Positions 40,244 to 51,000 of a stretch of DNA of 64,000 nucleotides are shown piece by piece. A program made the position numbers and the translations under genes. The notes beneath the pieces were generated by a model. It ran no database searches. It was not told where the DNA came from and saw only the letters and a list, made by a program, of their open reading frames with translations. The DNA comes from a virus (Duplodnaviria > Caudoviricetes): positions 1 through 64,000 of IMG/VR virus record IMGVR_UViG_3300035208_002804; one strand, 5' to 3'. Each line of letters starts with the position of its first letter. Within the stretch, counting starts at the first letter, position 1.

Positions 40244-40972
40244 ATGTTTCATCTGTTTAGAAAAGATACTTCATTTAAACCATATGCTGAAGTTAAGAGT
40301 TTATCTGAAGCATATGAAGTGGCAATGAATAATGTAATATCTAATCACAGGGAAGTTGTTACCGAAGATGGTGAAATAACATGGCAATCAAATCCATTTA
40401 CTATCTGTGTAACACAGCCGTGGAGAACCAACTTTATTCATAAGTTTTCGCCATATGGTAAAATGTTCTATCAAAAATATGCAAAAGACATTTTAAATGG
40501 CCCTGATGGAGATTTTATTTATGATTACCACAGTCGCCTGTTTCATTACAAGAAGCATTTTTATGATGATATAATCAATGAATTTGTTCCAACTGAAATC
40601 TATGGTCAGATATTAGGTGAAGAGATAGATCAAATCCAGTATGTGATTGATAAATTGAACGAAGAGCCTAATTCACGTAGAGCAGTGGCAATTACTTGGC
40701 AACCTCCAGTAGATACAAAAATAAAAGATGTTCCATGTTTCCAGTATGTTCAATTCTGGAAAGAAGGTAATAGATTGAATGGATTTTTTTCAATCCGTAG
40801 CAATGACGGGCTTTTAGCCATGCCACAAAATATTTTTGGGTTTTATAAATTACAGCGACATGTAGCAAAATATACAGATTCAAACTGTGGAAAAATGTGG
40901 TATCAACCAATTTTACCCCACATTTATGCTATTAGAGATATGAACGAACTCAAAAAATGGATCAGAATTTAG
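40244..40972 (+). CDS. thyA: thymidylate synthase, archaeal type
   Basis: YDYHSRL, SRRAVAITW, VPC, RSND, PQN, HIY. Confidence 0.85.
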   Translation: MFHLFRKDTSFKPYAEVKSLSEAYEVAMNNVISNHREVVTEDGEITWQSNPFTICVTQPWRTNFIHKFSPYGKMFYQKYAKDILNGPDGDFIYDYHSRLFHYKKHFYDDIINEFVPTEIYGQILGEEIDQIQYVIDKLNEEPNSRRAVAITWQPPVDTKIKDVPCFQYVQFWKEGNRLNGFFSIRSNDGLLAMPQNIFGFYKLQRHVAKYTDSNCGKMWYQPILPHIYAIRDMNELKKWIRI

Positions 40973-40998
40973 ATTATTTTACTCTTTAACTCTTTATT

Positions 40999-41199
40999 AT
41001 GACTGAAAATATACCAGGTGAAGTTAAAACCGTGGATAGACAAATTAGATGCTGTGTCTGTGGTTTTTGGATAACTCATAATGAATACGGTGGTTTAATC
41101 AGGGGTGAATATTCTGATTTTACCAACAAACGATGTGGTAACATTATTATGGATGTCTGTAACGAATGTTTAGAGAAGATTCTAAAATATACTGGATAG
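40999..41199 (+). CDS. zinc-finger small protein
   Basis: CCVCG..DVCNEC. Confidence 0.55.
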   Translation: MTENIPGEVKTVDRQIRCCVCGFWITHNEYGGLIRGEYSDFTNKRCGNIIMDVCNECLEKILKYTG

Positions 41200-41379
41200 A
41201 AGAGAAGAATGAATGAAAATGATAATTTAGAACGTGCATTGGAAGTAATAGATGATCTCATTAAACTTTTAGCAGAGACTTATAATATTGCATCTGAATC
41301 GGTAGAAATAATTAGAATACTTGAAACTGAAAATATTAATTTAAGAAAAGAAATAAGAATGTTAAAACGGTGGTAATCA

Positions 41380-41571
41380 ATGAATGCTCATGCAATAAAT
41401 ATGTCTCTTTTTGATGAAGTGAAGCGATTATCTAAAATGAATAAACTTTATCAGGAACTTATTCAACTTCAAAAAGAAAAGATAAATCTTTTAGAAAATG
41501 AAATTGAAGGAATTCTCAAAGCAATGGATGAAATAGATAAAACTTATCAGCGTATCATCAATTCTATATAA
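41380..41571 (+). CDS. coiled-coil small protein
   Basis: Heptad pattern. Confidence 0.5.
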   Translation: MNAHAINMSLFDEVKRLSKMNKLYQELIQLQKEKINLLENEIEGILKAMDEIDKTYQRIINSI

Positions 41572-41852
41572 ACTATTCCAATAAATTTATATAGTTATTA
41601 AACTTACTATATAATACTTTGGTTAAAATCAAGTGCGGAAATTGCGGATCTTTGATGCCGTATTTTCCTGATACAAACAAATTCGTGTGTTTGAATTGTG
41701 GTAAAGAAAAACCAGGAAGTTATTTTTATACTATTCAAAATAGAAAAAGCAGACGATATTATGAAGAAGATTTCTAAAAACTATTTAACTTACTATTTTT
41801 AATATGAATAATATTTTTGATTATTACATAGAATTTCTCTCCAATCTTTAAT

Positions 41853-42323
41853 ATGAATGAGATTTCTGAAACTGTAAGTGACTTTGAAAACAAGATATCA
41901 GAAGGAGAGCGACTTATAGTTGCTCTAAAACATCTTCGAAAAGAAGTCAATATTGAGGTTGACAAATGTAGGCAGGATATAAACAATGAAATTGATGATT
42001 ATGTAAATGCAGTTGAACGATTTAATACGAAACATGAAATGGATTTACAGATTTTAAAGCGTGCTGAAATTGTATTAATTGATTCAAAGTGGCGCGACAA
42101 AGTTCTACTACGTGATAAATTTACCTGTAGAAGATGCGGATCAACAAGACAACCAACATGTCATCATATTGTTCCAAAACAACATAACAGTGAATTTACC
42201 TACGATCCAAATAATGGGATTGTATTATGTGATGAATGTCACAAAGAATGGCATAAACTCTACGACAATGGAAGTGGATTGAATCAATTCATTCGATGGT
42301 TAGAAGAATATGAAGAAGAATAA
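41853..42323 (+). CDS. HNH endonuclease with N-terminal coiled coil
   Basis: WRDKVLLRDKFTCRRC..HHI..NGIVLCDECHKEWH. Confidence 0.85.
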   Translation: MNEISETVSDFENKISEGERLIVALKHLRKEVNIEVDKCRQDINNEIDDYVNAVERFNTKHEMDLQILKRAEIVLIDSKWRDKVLLRDKFTCRRCGSTRQPTCHHIVPKQHNSEFTYDPNNGIVLCDECHKEWHKLYDNGSGLNQFIRWLEEYEEE

Positions 42324-42559
42324 AGGTGGTAATAATATGAGCGAAGAAGTTATTAATGAACCAGTAAGCAACATGAAAGAGATCTATAAATATATAACAG
42401 ATGACAATAGTAAATTATTTTCATTTAACATTGATGGAGATAAAATTATTGTCAAACGATACAATCTAACACTTGACGAAGAAAAAGTATTTAGTTGAAT
42501 TTCTCTTTTCTTTTCTTTTCGAAAGTATTATCTTCTTTTAGAGCATATATAAGTATAAT

Positions 42560-43096
42560 GTGATAGAGGGAAACAAAATGTTAGATGTTAATGAAGAAGA
42601 GAAAATTTTCTATGATGAAAATTGTCCTTATTGTGGTCGAATAGTTACGATTTATAGTAATAGAGATCCATATCAAATTTGTGATTATTGTAACAAAGCA
42701 TTTGAAATCGTAGATGATAAACCAGTTAGAACACGATCTCTATTTAGATATAAAAATGGGGTTCCAATCAAGTTTTTTAAATGTGGAGAATGCGGTGAAA
42801 TTATAACTGGGTGTTTACATCATACAAATGAAAAGTGTAAATGTGGAAGAATGATTGATCAAGAAAGTGGATATTCTCGTGTAGACGTTGGATTTGTCAA
42901 TGTTACCAATGATATAGATGATGAAAATAAAAGATTTGTATTTACGAAAACAGTGTTTAATGCTAATAAAAGAGATGAAGATTGGATTAAAAACCAAATT
43001 AAAAGACCGGGATTTGTAAGTGAAATTTTTGACATTGATGTATATAAAACGATGTATAAACATTGGAAAAAAGAAGAAAAGAACGGTGAAATATAA
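42560..43096 (+). CDS. multi-zinc-ribbon protein
   Basis: CPYC, CDYC, CGEC, CKC. Confidence 0.6.
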   Translation: MIEGNKMLDVNEEEKIFYDENCPYCGRIVTIYSNRDPYQICDYCNKAFEIVDDKPVRTRSLFRYKNGVPIKFFKCGECGEIITGCLHHTNEKCKCGRMIDQESGYSRVDVGFVNVTNDIDDENKRFVFTKTVFNANKRDEDWIKNQIKRPGFVSEIFDIDVYKTMYKHWKKEEKNGEI

Positions 43097-43324
43097 ATGT
43101 CTGTAAAAAATACCATTAAAAATATAATTGATGAACATCATGAATCATTTGCTAAACTTGCTAAAGGAGCACAACCAAATGAAATTAAGAAGCAATATTG
43201 GTGTCCCGTTTGTAATAAATACATTGAAGAAATTAATACAATGATTGATAAGAATTCTACAAGCAATAATCCAGTTTGTGGGTTTTGTGGAAATAATCTT
43301 CAATGGAATTATATTTATAAATAA
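43097..43324 (+). CDS. zinc-ribbon small protein
   Basis: CPVC..CGFC. Confidence 0.55.
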   Translation: MSVKNTIKNIIDEHHESFAKLAKGAQPNEIKKQYWCPVCNKYIEEINTMIDKNSTSNNPVCGFCGNNLQWNYIYK

Positions 43325-43343
43325 TATTTTCTTAATCTTAAAA

Positions 43344-44066
43344 ATGATTGAATTATTTACATTACCAAAAGATTACATTAATATATTTTTTGATTGGCCT
43401 ATATTATTTGAAAAAGATGGAATGATCATTAATTTAGTTGACGATTGTGTTTGGTATTCTATGGTAGATACTAGTAAAACTGAATTATTATATTGTAGAG
43501 TTGATGTTAAACCAAAAGAGAAATCTATTTTCCAAATTAACGAATCAAAGATATTAAAAACATTTTCATCTGATGTTACTTATTATATGGATGGAAATGC
43601 AATAGTTTATAAATCAAAGGATGGAAAACATAAACTAACTACATTATCTGATCCTACACTAAAAACTATTGAAATACCAGAAAAATTAGTATTTCCATTA
43701 ACATTTGACGTTGAAAAGAAAGAAATGGAAAATGTGTTTATTGAAGTATTTAATATTGTAAATTCAAATAAAGATGCTGCTGATCACATCTGGTTTCATA
43801 TATTTGATAATAAATTAACAATAAAAAATACTAATGTTGACGAACAACATGAATATACATTTCCAGTTGAAGTAGATGCGAATGGTATTGAATATAAAAG
43901 TAAATTTAGTATGGATCTATTAATAGACTGTCTTAAATATTACAAAGTATTTGATACAATTAAAATTTCAATGGGAACAAATCTACCAGTTAAATTTGAA
44001 TTTAATAAAGATATTATTACCTTTAAAACTGTTGCCTTTCCGAGAATTGATTCAAACGATGATTAA
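43344..44066 (+). CDS. second, divergent PCNA-like clamp
   Basis: ~240 aa; SMVDTSKTELL, SKFSMDLL, IKISMGTNLPVKFEF, AFPRID. Confidence 0.7.
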   Translation: MIELFTLPKDYINIFFDWPILFEKDGMIINLVDDCVWYSMVDTSKTELLYCRVDVKPKEKSIFQINESKILKTFSSDVTYYMDGNAIVYKSKDGKHKLTTLSDPTLKTIEIPEKLVFPLTFDVEKKEMENVFIEVFNIVNSNKDAADHIWFHIFDNKLTIKNTNVDEQHEYTFPVEVDANGIEYKSKFSMDLLIDCLKYYKVFDTIKISMGTNLPVKFEFNKDIITFKTVAFPRIDSNDD

Positions 44067-44136
44067 AAACAATTATTAACTCTTTTTTCCTTTTAATACT
44101 AACATTTAAATACTATAATTTACTTTTTTCTATGTA

Positions 44137-44367
44137 ATGTTTGTTCAAACTATTAATGATGATCTTTTAAATACCAGATATATTGTTTGTATAGCAAATA
44201 AAGATAATTATATTATTTGTAGAACATTGAACAACGAAACTCACCAATTATATTATTCTGAAAACATTGATTACTTAATGAAAGAAAAGTTGTCTTGGCT
44301 ATTGTCAGTTAAAAAACTAACAACCGATAACTATACCCAGGAACAATTGATTAGAGATATGAAATGA
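44137..44367 (+). CDS. hypothetical protein
   Basis: Leaderless promoter TTTAAATA. Confidence 0.55.
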   Translation: MFVQTINDDLLNTRYIVCIANKDNYIICRTLNNETHQLYYSENIDYLMKEKLSWLLSVKKLTTDNYTQEQLIRDMK

Positions 44368-44522
44368 GTTATAAAGATGACTTGTTTTAATTGTAAATAT
44401 ATGAAGATAAAATCAAACAATCATTACGAATGTGTTTGGTTTATTGCATCAATTATTGATCCGTGGGAAGATTGTGATATTGGACAAGAATTAGAAAGAA
44501 GAGAAAGAGAATTATATCAATA

Positions 44523-44906
44523 ATGAAAAATGCATTTAATTCTACAACATCTTCTTCTCCTATTTTGGTTGCTGCCGGTCCACATGATTTTTATGACCGG
44601 GAAGTAATTTCTGATGCGCTTGTTAATATGATTTGTGATATTCAACCAATGAAAATTATAACTGGTGATTCTAAAGGAGTAGATCAAGTTGTTGCTGAAC
44701 TTTGTCATGGATTACAAGAAATAGAATATGAACGGTATTATGCTAATTATAATAAATTTCGTAAATCAGCAAAAGTAATACGAGACTATCAAATGACACT
44801 TGTCGGAACTCACTTATTGATATTTTATAATGAAACGATGAAATTGAATAGTATGTTATATTATGCCGAACATGAGAATTTAAAGATAAAAAAGATTAGA
44901 ATTTAG
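44523..44906 (+). CDS. SLOG-family (DUF2493/YspA-like) protein
   Basis: ILVAAGPHDFYD..IITGDSKGVD..ANYNKF.KSA..IRDYQM. Confidence 0.7.
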   Translation: MKNAFNSTTSSSPILVAAGPHDFYDREVISDALVNMICDIQPMKIITGDSKGVDQVVAELCHGLQEIEYERYYANYNKFRKSAKVIRDYQMTLVGTHLLIFYNETMKLNSMLYYAEHENLKIKKIRI

Positions 44907-44946
44907 AAAGTGCGAAAATTTTAAGTTTTTTTCTCTTTCTCCCCTT

Positions 44947-45399
44947 TCACAGAGTTAGCAGAAACTGATCCATTGGGTGTGTTTTGCTCAATGCTTTATA
45001 ATTATAGCCGAGATGGGTTGGATAAATTGGGCTTGGACGATTACATCCTGTTCCTATGACAAATGATTTCCAAAGTGCCTGATTAATTGGATTAGCCATG
45101 AAATATGGTTTCATATTTTCAGCAATCCAATGAATGTATATTTCAGCACCAATTGAAGTTATTGATCTGTCACCTTTCCATTCAGGCCTACTCATGATAA
45201 ATTCTCCAATTTGTTTTGCTCGCTCTACACTTGAATCAATTGCTGGTAATTTAAAGTAGATATAAGCCTGTCCATTTGCTTCAGTTGTTGTTTGAAAATC
45301 TATATGTTCTATTAAATCACGGATATTTTCAGCAAGATCGATACTTTCATAACGGACAACTTCTTTCTTGCTATCTGGTGTGTTTGGTATTGTTAGCAT
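44947..45399 (-). CDS. hypothetical protein
   Basis: MLTIPNTPDS reads from the reverse complement at 45399; the '+' in the ORF track is wrong. Confidence 0.65.
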   Translation of the reverse strand: MLTIPNTPDSKKEVVRYESIDLAENIRDLIEHIDFQTTTEANGQAYIYFKLPAIDSSVERAKQIGEFIMSRPEWKGDRSITSIGAEIYIHWIAENMKPYFMANPINQALWKSFVIGTGCNRPSPIYPTHLGYNYKALSKTHPMDQFLLTL

Positions 45400-45414
45400 T
45401 TAAATCACTACTGA

Positions 45415-45585
45415 TCACTGGAATAACTTAAACTTGTTTAGATATTCTACAATTAATTTGTTGTATTGATTTTCTTTTGGAACAGTGAATGATTGAAATC
45501 CATCTTTTCCAGTTTCCTGATATGTAATTTTAATTTTTTCATCATCATAGCCAGTAAAAGTTATTACATATTTTTCATTAACCAT
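45415..45585 (-). CDS. hypothetical protein (56 aa)
   Basis: Hand translation MVNEKYVITFTGYDD..KLFQ*. Confidence 0.5.
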   Translation of the reverse strand: MVNEKYVITFTGYDDEKIKITYQETGKDGFQSFTVPKENQYNKLIVEYLNKFKLFQ

Positions 45586-45660
45586 ACACCAATAGATGAA
45601 GATACCAGTATATAAAAATTAGTAAAAGAAATGGGAAGTTTTCAATACCTCTCTCTTTTC

Positions 45661-45698
45661 GATAACTTTATCTATTTCCATTCCTATTATTATATATG
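45661..45698 (+). promoter_or_regulatory. leaderless promoter, copy 1 of direct repeat
   Basis: GATAACTTTATCTATTTCCA-TTCCTATTA-TTATATATG. Confidence 0.7.
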
Positions 45699-46889
45699 AT
45701 AGAAGTTAATGGATCGTTTGCTGATGCTATTGTTTTTAATGATTTGGTTGAAGATGGAGCAATCAAACAGATTACTGGATTGTGTAATAATGAGGCAAGT
45801 AAGGGTAGCAAAATTCGCGTGATGAGTGATATTCATGAGGGAAATGGATGCACTATTGGCACCACAATGACGATTCATGATCGTGTTACACCTAATTTGG
45901 TTGGGGTTGATATTGGATGTGGTATGCTCTGTGTAAAATTAGAAGATTCTGAAATAGACTTCAGATTACTTGATGCTGTAATTCATAAAAATATTCCTTC
46001 TGGATTTAACAGCAGAGAGACGATTTATACCCATCATGGAGACATTGATCTTAACAATCTGCACTGTGTTGCTCATATGAATAAATTGGATCGAGCATAT
46101 TATCAGTTGGGAACACTTGGTGGAGGAAATCACTTTATTGAGATTGATAAAGGATCTGATGGATCGTATTATCTTGTAATTCATTCTGGATCTAGGAACA
46201 TTGGCAAGCAAGTTGCAGAGCACTATCAGAAATTGGCAATTAACAGTATGTATTCATATAGGGAAAACTATCGTAAAATGATTATTGATGAGTTAACAAG
46301 TAGTGGGAGATCTCGTCTGATTGGTGAGAGATTGGGTGTATTACCTCATATTATTGATGATCTTGCATATTTGACAGGTAAGGATATGGAAAATTATCTT
46401 GATGATATGAACCTGTGTCAATGGTATGCAGACATCAATCGAAAAATTATAGCGGAGATAATTATCAATGAGATGAAATTTACTTCTGGTGGTATGTTCA
46501 CTACAATTCATAATTATATTGATTGTGAAAATATGATTTTGCGTAAGGGGGCGATTTCGGCACAAAAGGACGAAATGGTTATTATTCCGATGAATATGAG
46601 AGATGGCAGCATTATTGCAATTGGAAAGGGTAATTCCGATTGGAATTTTAGTGCTCCTCATGGTGCTGGTAGAATTATGGGTCGCAGAGAGGCAAAGCGC
46701 ACGTTTAAACTGGAAGACTTTCAGGAGTCTATGAAGGGAATTTATACGACTTCGGTTAGTCAGAACACTATTGATGAAAGCCCATTTGTATATAAGCCAA
46801 TTGAAGAAATTATAAAATATATTGACGATACAGTTGATATTGTTGATGTTATTGAACCAGTGTATAACTTTAAAAATGATGGACGATAG
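45696..46889 (+). CDS. rtcB: RtcB RNA 2',3'-cyclic phosphate/5'-OH ligase
   Basis: DIH.G.GCTIG, VGVDIGCG, GTLGGGNHFIE, HSGSR, HNY, RKGA, HGAGR. Confidence 0.95.
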   Translation: MIEVNGSFADAIVFNDLVEDGAIKQITGLCNNEASKGSKIRVMSDIHEGNGCTIGTTMTIHDRVTPNLVGVDIGCGMLCVKLEDSEIDFRLLDAVIHKNIPSGFNSRETIYTHHGDIDLNNLHCVAHMNKLDRAYYQLGTLGGGNHFIEIDKGSDGSYYLVIHSGSRNIGKQVAEHYQKLAINSMYSYRENYRKMIIDELTSSGRSRLIGERLGVLPHIIDDLAYLTGKDMENYLDDMNLCQWYADINRKIIAEIIINEMKFTSGGMFTTIHNYIDCENMILRKGAISAQKDEMVIIPMNMRDGSIIAIGKGNSDWNFSAPHGAGRIMGRREAKRTFKLEDFQESMKGIYTTSVSQNTIDESPFVYKPIEEIIKYIDDTVDIVDVIEPVYNFKNDGR

Positions 46890-46891
46890 AA

Positions 46892-46929
46892 GATAACTTT
46901 ATCTATTTCCACCTCTATTCTTATATATG
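46892..46929 (+). promoter_or_regulatory. leaderless promoter, copy 2 of direct repeat
   Basis: GATAACTTTATCTATTTCCA-CCTCTATTC-TTATATATG. Confidence 0.7.
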
Positions 46930-47268
46930 CAGATTGTTAAAGGGTCTGGTAAATCTGAAATACTTGCACTGAAAAATGCTAATGGGAAAACTTTGGATAT
47001 TATATCCTTTACTAATGGGAAGAAAGTTTTTTGCTCATACCGTGAAGAGATTGAAAATGCAGTAAACAAAGTTAAAGGTGGTAAAGTTCTTGCATTGCCA
47101 CGAGTATTCTTTAAAAAGAACCTTGAATTTTATGCAAGCATTCGTAGTTACGATGATAGTTATTTTGTATGTACGACAACTACTTACGCGCCTTTATTCT
47201 TCGTCAAAAAAGAAGATGTATTGAAAGAAGAATTTGTAGTTGACTTTTTAAGCGGTGACGAAGAATAG
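46927..47268 (+). CDS. hypothetical protein
   Basis: Has its own promoter copy. Confidence 0.65.
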   Translation: MQIVKGSGKSEILALKNANGKTLDIISFTNGKKVFCSYREEIENAVNKVKGGKVLALPRVFFKKNLEFYASIRSYDDSYFVCTTTTYAPLFFVKKEDVLKEEFVVDFLSGDEE

Positions 47269-47302
47269 GGAAGTTATATCTACAATTCTCCCAATACATA
47301 TG

Positions 47303-47430
47303 TTTAAATAATAGTAATTTCACAAGTTATAGTGCAGACACCAAGAGGAAGAAATTTTTCTCTTTTCTTTCTTTTGCAGAGTGTTTTAGCATTTGTGGTC
47401 TGGTTTCTTTTGTTCAGTGTTTTAGTTATC
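47303..47430 (+). ncRNA. dispersed element E4
   Basis: TTTAAATA 47303; AGTGCAGACA 47331; AAGAG..CTCTT hairpin; TTTCTTTTGCAG; TTTTAGCATTTGT..GTCTGG. Confidence 0.55.
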
Positions 47431-47495
47431 TTAATATATTATTGTTTCTTTGAAAACGATGTATTGATATATCTGTAAATCAATACTTATATAGT

Positions 47496-47783
47496 ATGCT
47501 CAAATGTAATAAATGCCATCTTATTTTTAAAGAGTTGATTGATAAGTGCCCTGAATGTAATGATGAACTTATAGTGATGTGTGAAAATGATAAGATGGGG
47601 TGTAGTTGTGGAGTTGTGGCTGGATTAAAGGTATGCGAGATATGTGGAGAATTTATTTGTCCAACATGTGGGTGTCACTCGGTAACTGCTGTTTCTCGGG
47701 TTACAGGATATTTACAAGATGTAAGTGGTTGGAATCTTGCAAAGAAAACCGAGTTAGTTAATCGACACAGATACGAGGTATAA
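47496..47783 (+). CDS. stand-alone NrdD C-terminal Zn/glycyl-radical domain
   Basis: Several CxxC pairs, then CPTCG..SRVTGYL..WNLAKKTE. Confidence 0.85.
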   Translation: MLKCNKCHLIFKELIDKCPECNDELIVMCENDKMGCSCGVVAGLKVCEICGEFICPTCGCHSVTAVSRVTGYLQDVSGWNLAKKTELVNRHRYEV

Positions 47784-48007
47784 TGATCTCGGTTTTTACG
47801 TTACCTGTTTGTCCAAATTGTGATGACTTAAAGGAAAAGTTAATTAAAATGGATTTACAATTTGAGACATATAATCTTGAGGATGCTGATGTGCGGATTG
47901 ATTTATTAATGAAGTCTGTTACGTTGGTGGAAGCACCTATTGTTGAAATTAATGGGAGATATATGAGTGGAAAGGAAGCGCTTGTGGAGTTGAATATACT
48001 TGAGTAA
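47783..48007 (+). CDS. nrdH: glutaredoxin-like NrdH
   Basis: CPNC..EAPIVEING. Confidence 0.8.
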   Translation: MISVFTLPVCPNCDDLKEKLIKMDLQFETYNLEDADVRIDLLMKSVTLVEAPIVEINGRYMSGKEALVELNILE

Positions 48008-51000
48008 TGTTAGGGTTAGAAAGGAAGATGGATCTATTGAAAGTTTTGATAAGAATAAGATTATTGAATCAATACGAAAAGAAACTGGTTGTGTTGGCAA
48101 AATCATAGAGGAAATTGTAGATGAAGTTTATACAACATTAAAAGTTATTCGATTAGATCCTGTAACCGGACCTCTTATTCGAGAATTTATTAACACAAAG
48201 TTTTTAGAACATGGTATGGACGATTGTCGCAGAAAATATACTCGTGTTGGAATGCCAGTATATGATGCCAGAAAAACAGATCTTGGGTATGGAAAGGGTG
48301 ATAATGCCAATCTTAATAGCATGTGCCCTGAGACCGGGCATAAAAGAAAAGCAGATCAACTTTCAAAAGAACAGTATCTACTATCATTTCCAAATTACAT
48401 ATCCGAAGCCCATTTAAACGGAGATGTTCATATTCATGACCTGGAATACTTCGGAAATCGAATTTTTTGTCAAGATCACGACATGCGATATTTTTTTAAG
48501 CATGGATTTATAGGTGATGGCACAGGACATCAAACATCAATTGCGGGACCGGCAATGAGACCAGAAGTTGCAATATTACATGCTGTAAAGGTTCTTGGAT
48601 CGGCACAGACAAATTGCATGGGCGGGCAGGGTTTAATGGCATTTTTAACATTTTTGTCGCCTTATTTTAAAAATGAACCTTATAAAGTTTATACTCAATG
48701 TATGCAAGAATTGTGCTATGAACTCACTCAAATGCTTGTTGCAAGAGGGGGCCAGTCAACAAGGTTCGATGAAGTTTTAGTAATTAAAGACGATAATAAT
48801 ATTTCACTTATTAAAATTGGTGAGTTTTGTCATAAATATTTGTCTGAAGATGGCACTTATATCTTTGATGGTGATGAAAAGAAATATGAAATCTTATCAT
48901 TGAATCGAAAAACAGGCACTTTAGAGTGGAAAAAAATTAATGGTGTATATGTTCATAAATCAGAATCACAGTTAAAAGAAACGACATTATCAGATGGACG
49001 ATCAGTAGTAACGACATCAGATCATTCTCTCTTTACACTTGATGATAATTGTAATATTGTTGAGATTACTCCATCAGAAAGACCAAATACCATATTAACA
49101 GTTAAAAACATTCCCTTCGCTGGAAAACCTTTTGATAAAGATTTGATGTTCCTTATCGGGGCCTGTATTGGTGATGGAAATTTATATGCAAATAATGGAA
49201 TTTATGATAGTGCGATTAATATTAATGTTTCATCGGTTGATGTTTACAAAAGAATACAATCTATTGTAAAATCTTATGGTGTATCAGATTGTGTGTTTAA
49301 ACCGGTTAATGGTTCGTGTAATTTATATCATTCGCAATTCCAAACAACGGGTATACCATATATTACAGAAATAGGATACCGAGCCCCTAATAAAAAAATA
49401 CCAGATGTATTATTATCTGGAGATGATGAATCTTTATATGAATTACTTAATGGTTTGATTTCTACAGATGGGGATGTGTCCCGTAGACGATATGAATATA
49501 ATACTACTTCTAAAAAACTTGCAATACAAATTGAATTTATTCTTCGTAGACTTGGATTAGATTATTCAATATCATCTTCAATGAAAAGTAGTAATTTTAA
49601 GAGAAATTATCCAGTCTATGTAATTCGTATATCTGCGAGTTGTTCTTCCAATATCAAAATTACAAATTTATCAAGGCATATTGAATCTTTGAATGGACCA
49701 AATCAACAAAAACACGATTTCAGAACTATAAAACCGTTATTAAAACAATATTTAGGGCGTGGATTTTATAGATTTGGACACAGTGAATTATTGGCAAATA
49801 ATAGAAAACTAAAACGTGAACATATAGAAGATTTGCAAGAATCTATTCCTGATATTTGGAATAAGGTTAAAAATATATTGCCAATGGAAGTTAAATTAAT
49901 TAACTCTTATCCAGATGAAGAATTTGTGTATGATATTGGTGTAGATGACAATGAGAATTTTGTGCTACATAATGGAATAATCTGTCATAATACAGTATTT
50001 AGTAGCGTACAATTAACTCCTGGGGTTCCCGATATATGGAAAAATGTTCCTGCTGTTTATAAAGGAAAACTTCATGATGGTGAGGAATCAATACTTGATG
50101 TATATGGTAATTATGAAAAAGAAGTTAGATTACTGTTTAAAGCAATAATGGAAGTGATGATAGAAGGGGATTATGCAGGAAAACCATTTTATTTCCCAAA
50201 ACCTGAAATTACATTAGAAGAATCATTTATTCAAAATCTTGATAATGAAGTTAATGATGCTCCCACGTATAGGGATTTATATATTAAAGCATTTGAATTA
50301 GCAAGTAAATTTGGAACTCCATATTTTGATAATCTGTTACCGAGTTGGAGAAAAACGGGAGGAATCGAATGTTATCAGTGTTGCGCGTACAGATTTACTT
50401 CTGATTCCGATTCTGATGATTTTAATGACAAATTAAATTTTGTAAATGGAAATCATTTTAGTATGGGTGCAATGCAGGTTATGACTATTAATTTTCCACG
50501 ACTTGCTTATATAGCATGTAGTGAAAATAATGGAATTAATATTGATTTATATTTTGAAAATTTATGTAAAAAACAAATTGACTTGTGTTGTGATGTGTTT
50601 TTGTTAAAATCAAAAATGGTTGGTGAAACGAAGGCATCCTTTTTACAACAGGTTCATGGTGGTAAAATATTGGTCGATTTTAAAGATCTTGTTTATACAA
50701 TAGGCGTTATTGGGATGAACGAGGTGTGTGAAATCTTATATGGTGCTAATATTTACGTAGACAATGAAGTTACTAAAAAGGCAATGAAATTTGTTATGAA
50801 AATGAAAGATTATTGTGCTGAAAAATCTAATGAACTTGGAATTACAATTGCATTTGCAAGAACACCAGCAGAAACAACAGCACAAAGATTTGCCGTGTTA
50901 GATTTGCTTAATTATGGGGATGCTCATAAATTTGTGAAAGGTGATGTAAAAGAAGCAATAAAAAAATATGCTGAAACTGGTAGCAGAGACTTGCCAATTT

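Noticed and set aside
44947-45399. ORF track lists this ORF on the + strand
   Set aside because: The given protein (MLTIPNTPDS...) is encoded by the reverse complement starting at 45399, so it is annotated as minus.
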